Source of the DNA: Orbicella franksi
Lineage: Eukaryota
Direction of reading: 5' to 3'
DNA: 64,000 bases
Assembly (NCBI GenBank): GCA_964199315.1
Contig: OZ116702.1
Span: 31,620,001-31,684,000, forward strand
Position numbers and translations under genes: made by a program. Under the pieces are notes generated by a model. That model was not told the origin of the DNA and did no database searches. It saw nothing but the letters and a program-made list of their open reading frames with translations. Of this stretch, positions 63,378 to 64,000 are shown piece by piece; the stretch's first letter is position 1, and the number at the start of each line of letters is the position of its first letter.

Positions 63378-63506
63378 TACACGATACTCTCATCTGCGTT
63401 CGACTGGTCTTGGGATAAAACATGAGCAAAGCACAAAGCAGCCACTTAGGATGACAGAACTCACGTTAAACAAGTGTATCGACCTTCCGGCATCTGAGAT
63501 GCAAAT

Positions 63507-63755
63507 ATAGGGATCTTAACAATGACGACGGCGACGCTGAGGACAACGCCTTCTAAAATTGAATTTGTCCAGGATGCCCATGACTCTAAAACCTCGGTCA
63601 GGCTAAATATGCAAAGACAGCGTTCAATTCTAAATGGAAATACAAAAAATTAGCAGTTCGACTAAACGTTCGCGTTTACTGAACACACTTGTACAGCTTT
63701 TGTTTTGCTCATTAAACCTTGTGTTTAGTGCTCATTGACGTCGTGGTTTGCTCTA
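63507..63755. mobile_element. Internally deleted MITE (ATAGGG...GACGACGGCGAC left end), right end interrupted
   Basis: Left end ATAGGGATCTTAACAATGACGACGGCGAC. A partial complementary end GACGTCGTGGTTTGC stops where the next MITE begins. The family assignment comes from memory of coral repeats and is not verified. Confidence 0.5.
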
Positions 63756-64000
63756 GGCTCCGTCCACACTACACCGGAGGAATTTAAAAAAGTATACAGC
63801 TTCATTTCTACGGTTAGGCCTACGGTACAGAATAATCCGTCACGAAAACGGAGCTTTTCGAAAACCCTCTTCAAACCGGAGGAAAACGCCGGCTTTGAGT
63901 TTTCGTGTGGACGGAAAACATTTTAAAACGGACTTTTCGAACACGGTAGGATCAGGAGAACCACGTGAATTCCCTCAAACAAAAATATAAAACGACCGGT
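63756..64000. mobile_element. PIF/Harbinger-type MITE, same family as 31845, opposite orientation, cut by the window end
   Basis: Starts GGCTCCGTCCACACTACACCGGAGGAATTT. The interior (CGGTTAGGCCTAC, ATCCGTCACGAAAA, GAGCTTTTCGAAAA, TCTTCAAACC) is the reverse complement of 32090-32190. Confidence 0.88.

Noticed and set aside
1-64000. Known cnidarian microRNAs (e.g. miR-100, miR-2022, miR-2023) inside the cluster
   Set aside because: None was seen by eye; a real search against miRBase/MirGeneDB is needed to exclude them.

Overview
AT-rich eukaryotic genomic DNA from an anthozoan cnidarian, most likely a stony coral (inferred from the homeodomain sequences and the repeat families). It covers part of the Hox-related cluster. 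Two intact two-exon homeobox genes lie on the + strand: Evx (27783-28077 + 29419-29912) and, about 12 kb downstream, a HoxA/anthox6-type gene with a YRWM hexapeptide (41958-42312 + 44884-45308). The rest is gene-poor. It contains four tRNA-Glu(TTC) copies at different stages of decay (10.4-13.5 kb), several MITEs, tRNA-derived SINEs, LINE relics and tandem repeats. Two observations stand out as unexplained. (1) A 2.36-kb element (61015-63379) has perfect 34-bp terminal inverted repeats and encloses a promoter-like region, an apparent four-exon spliced unit and a polyA signal, with no recognisable transposase. (2) A candidate decayed homeobox gene lies immediately upstream of HoxA (40633-41550). 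All alignments were done by eye and no database searches were run.
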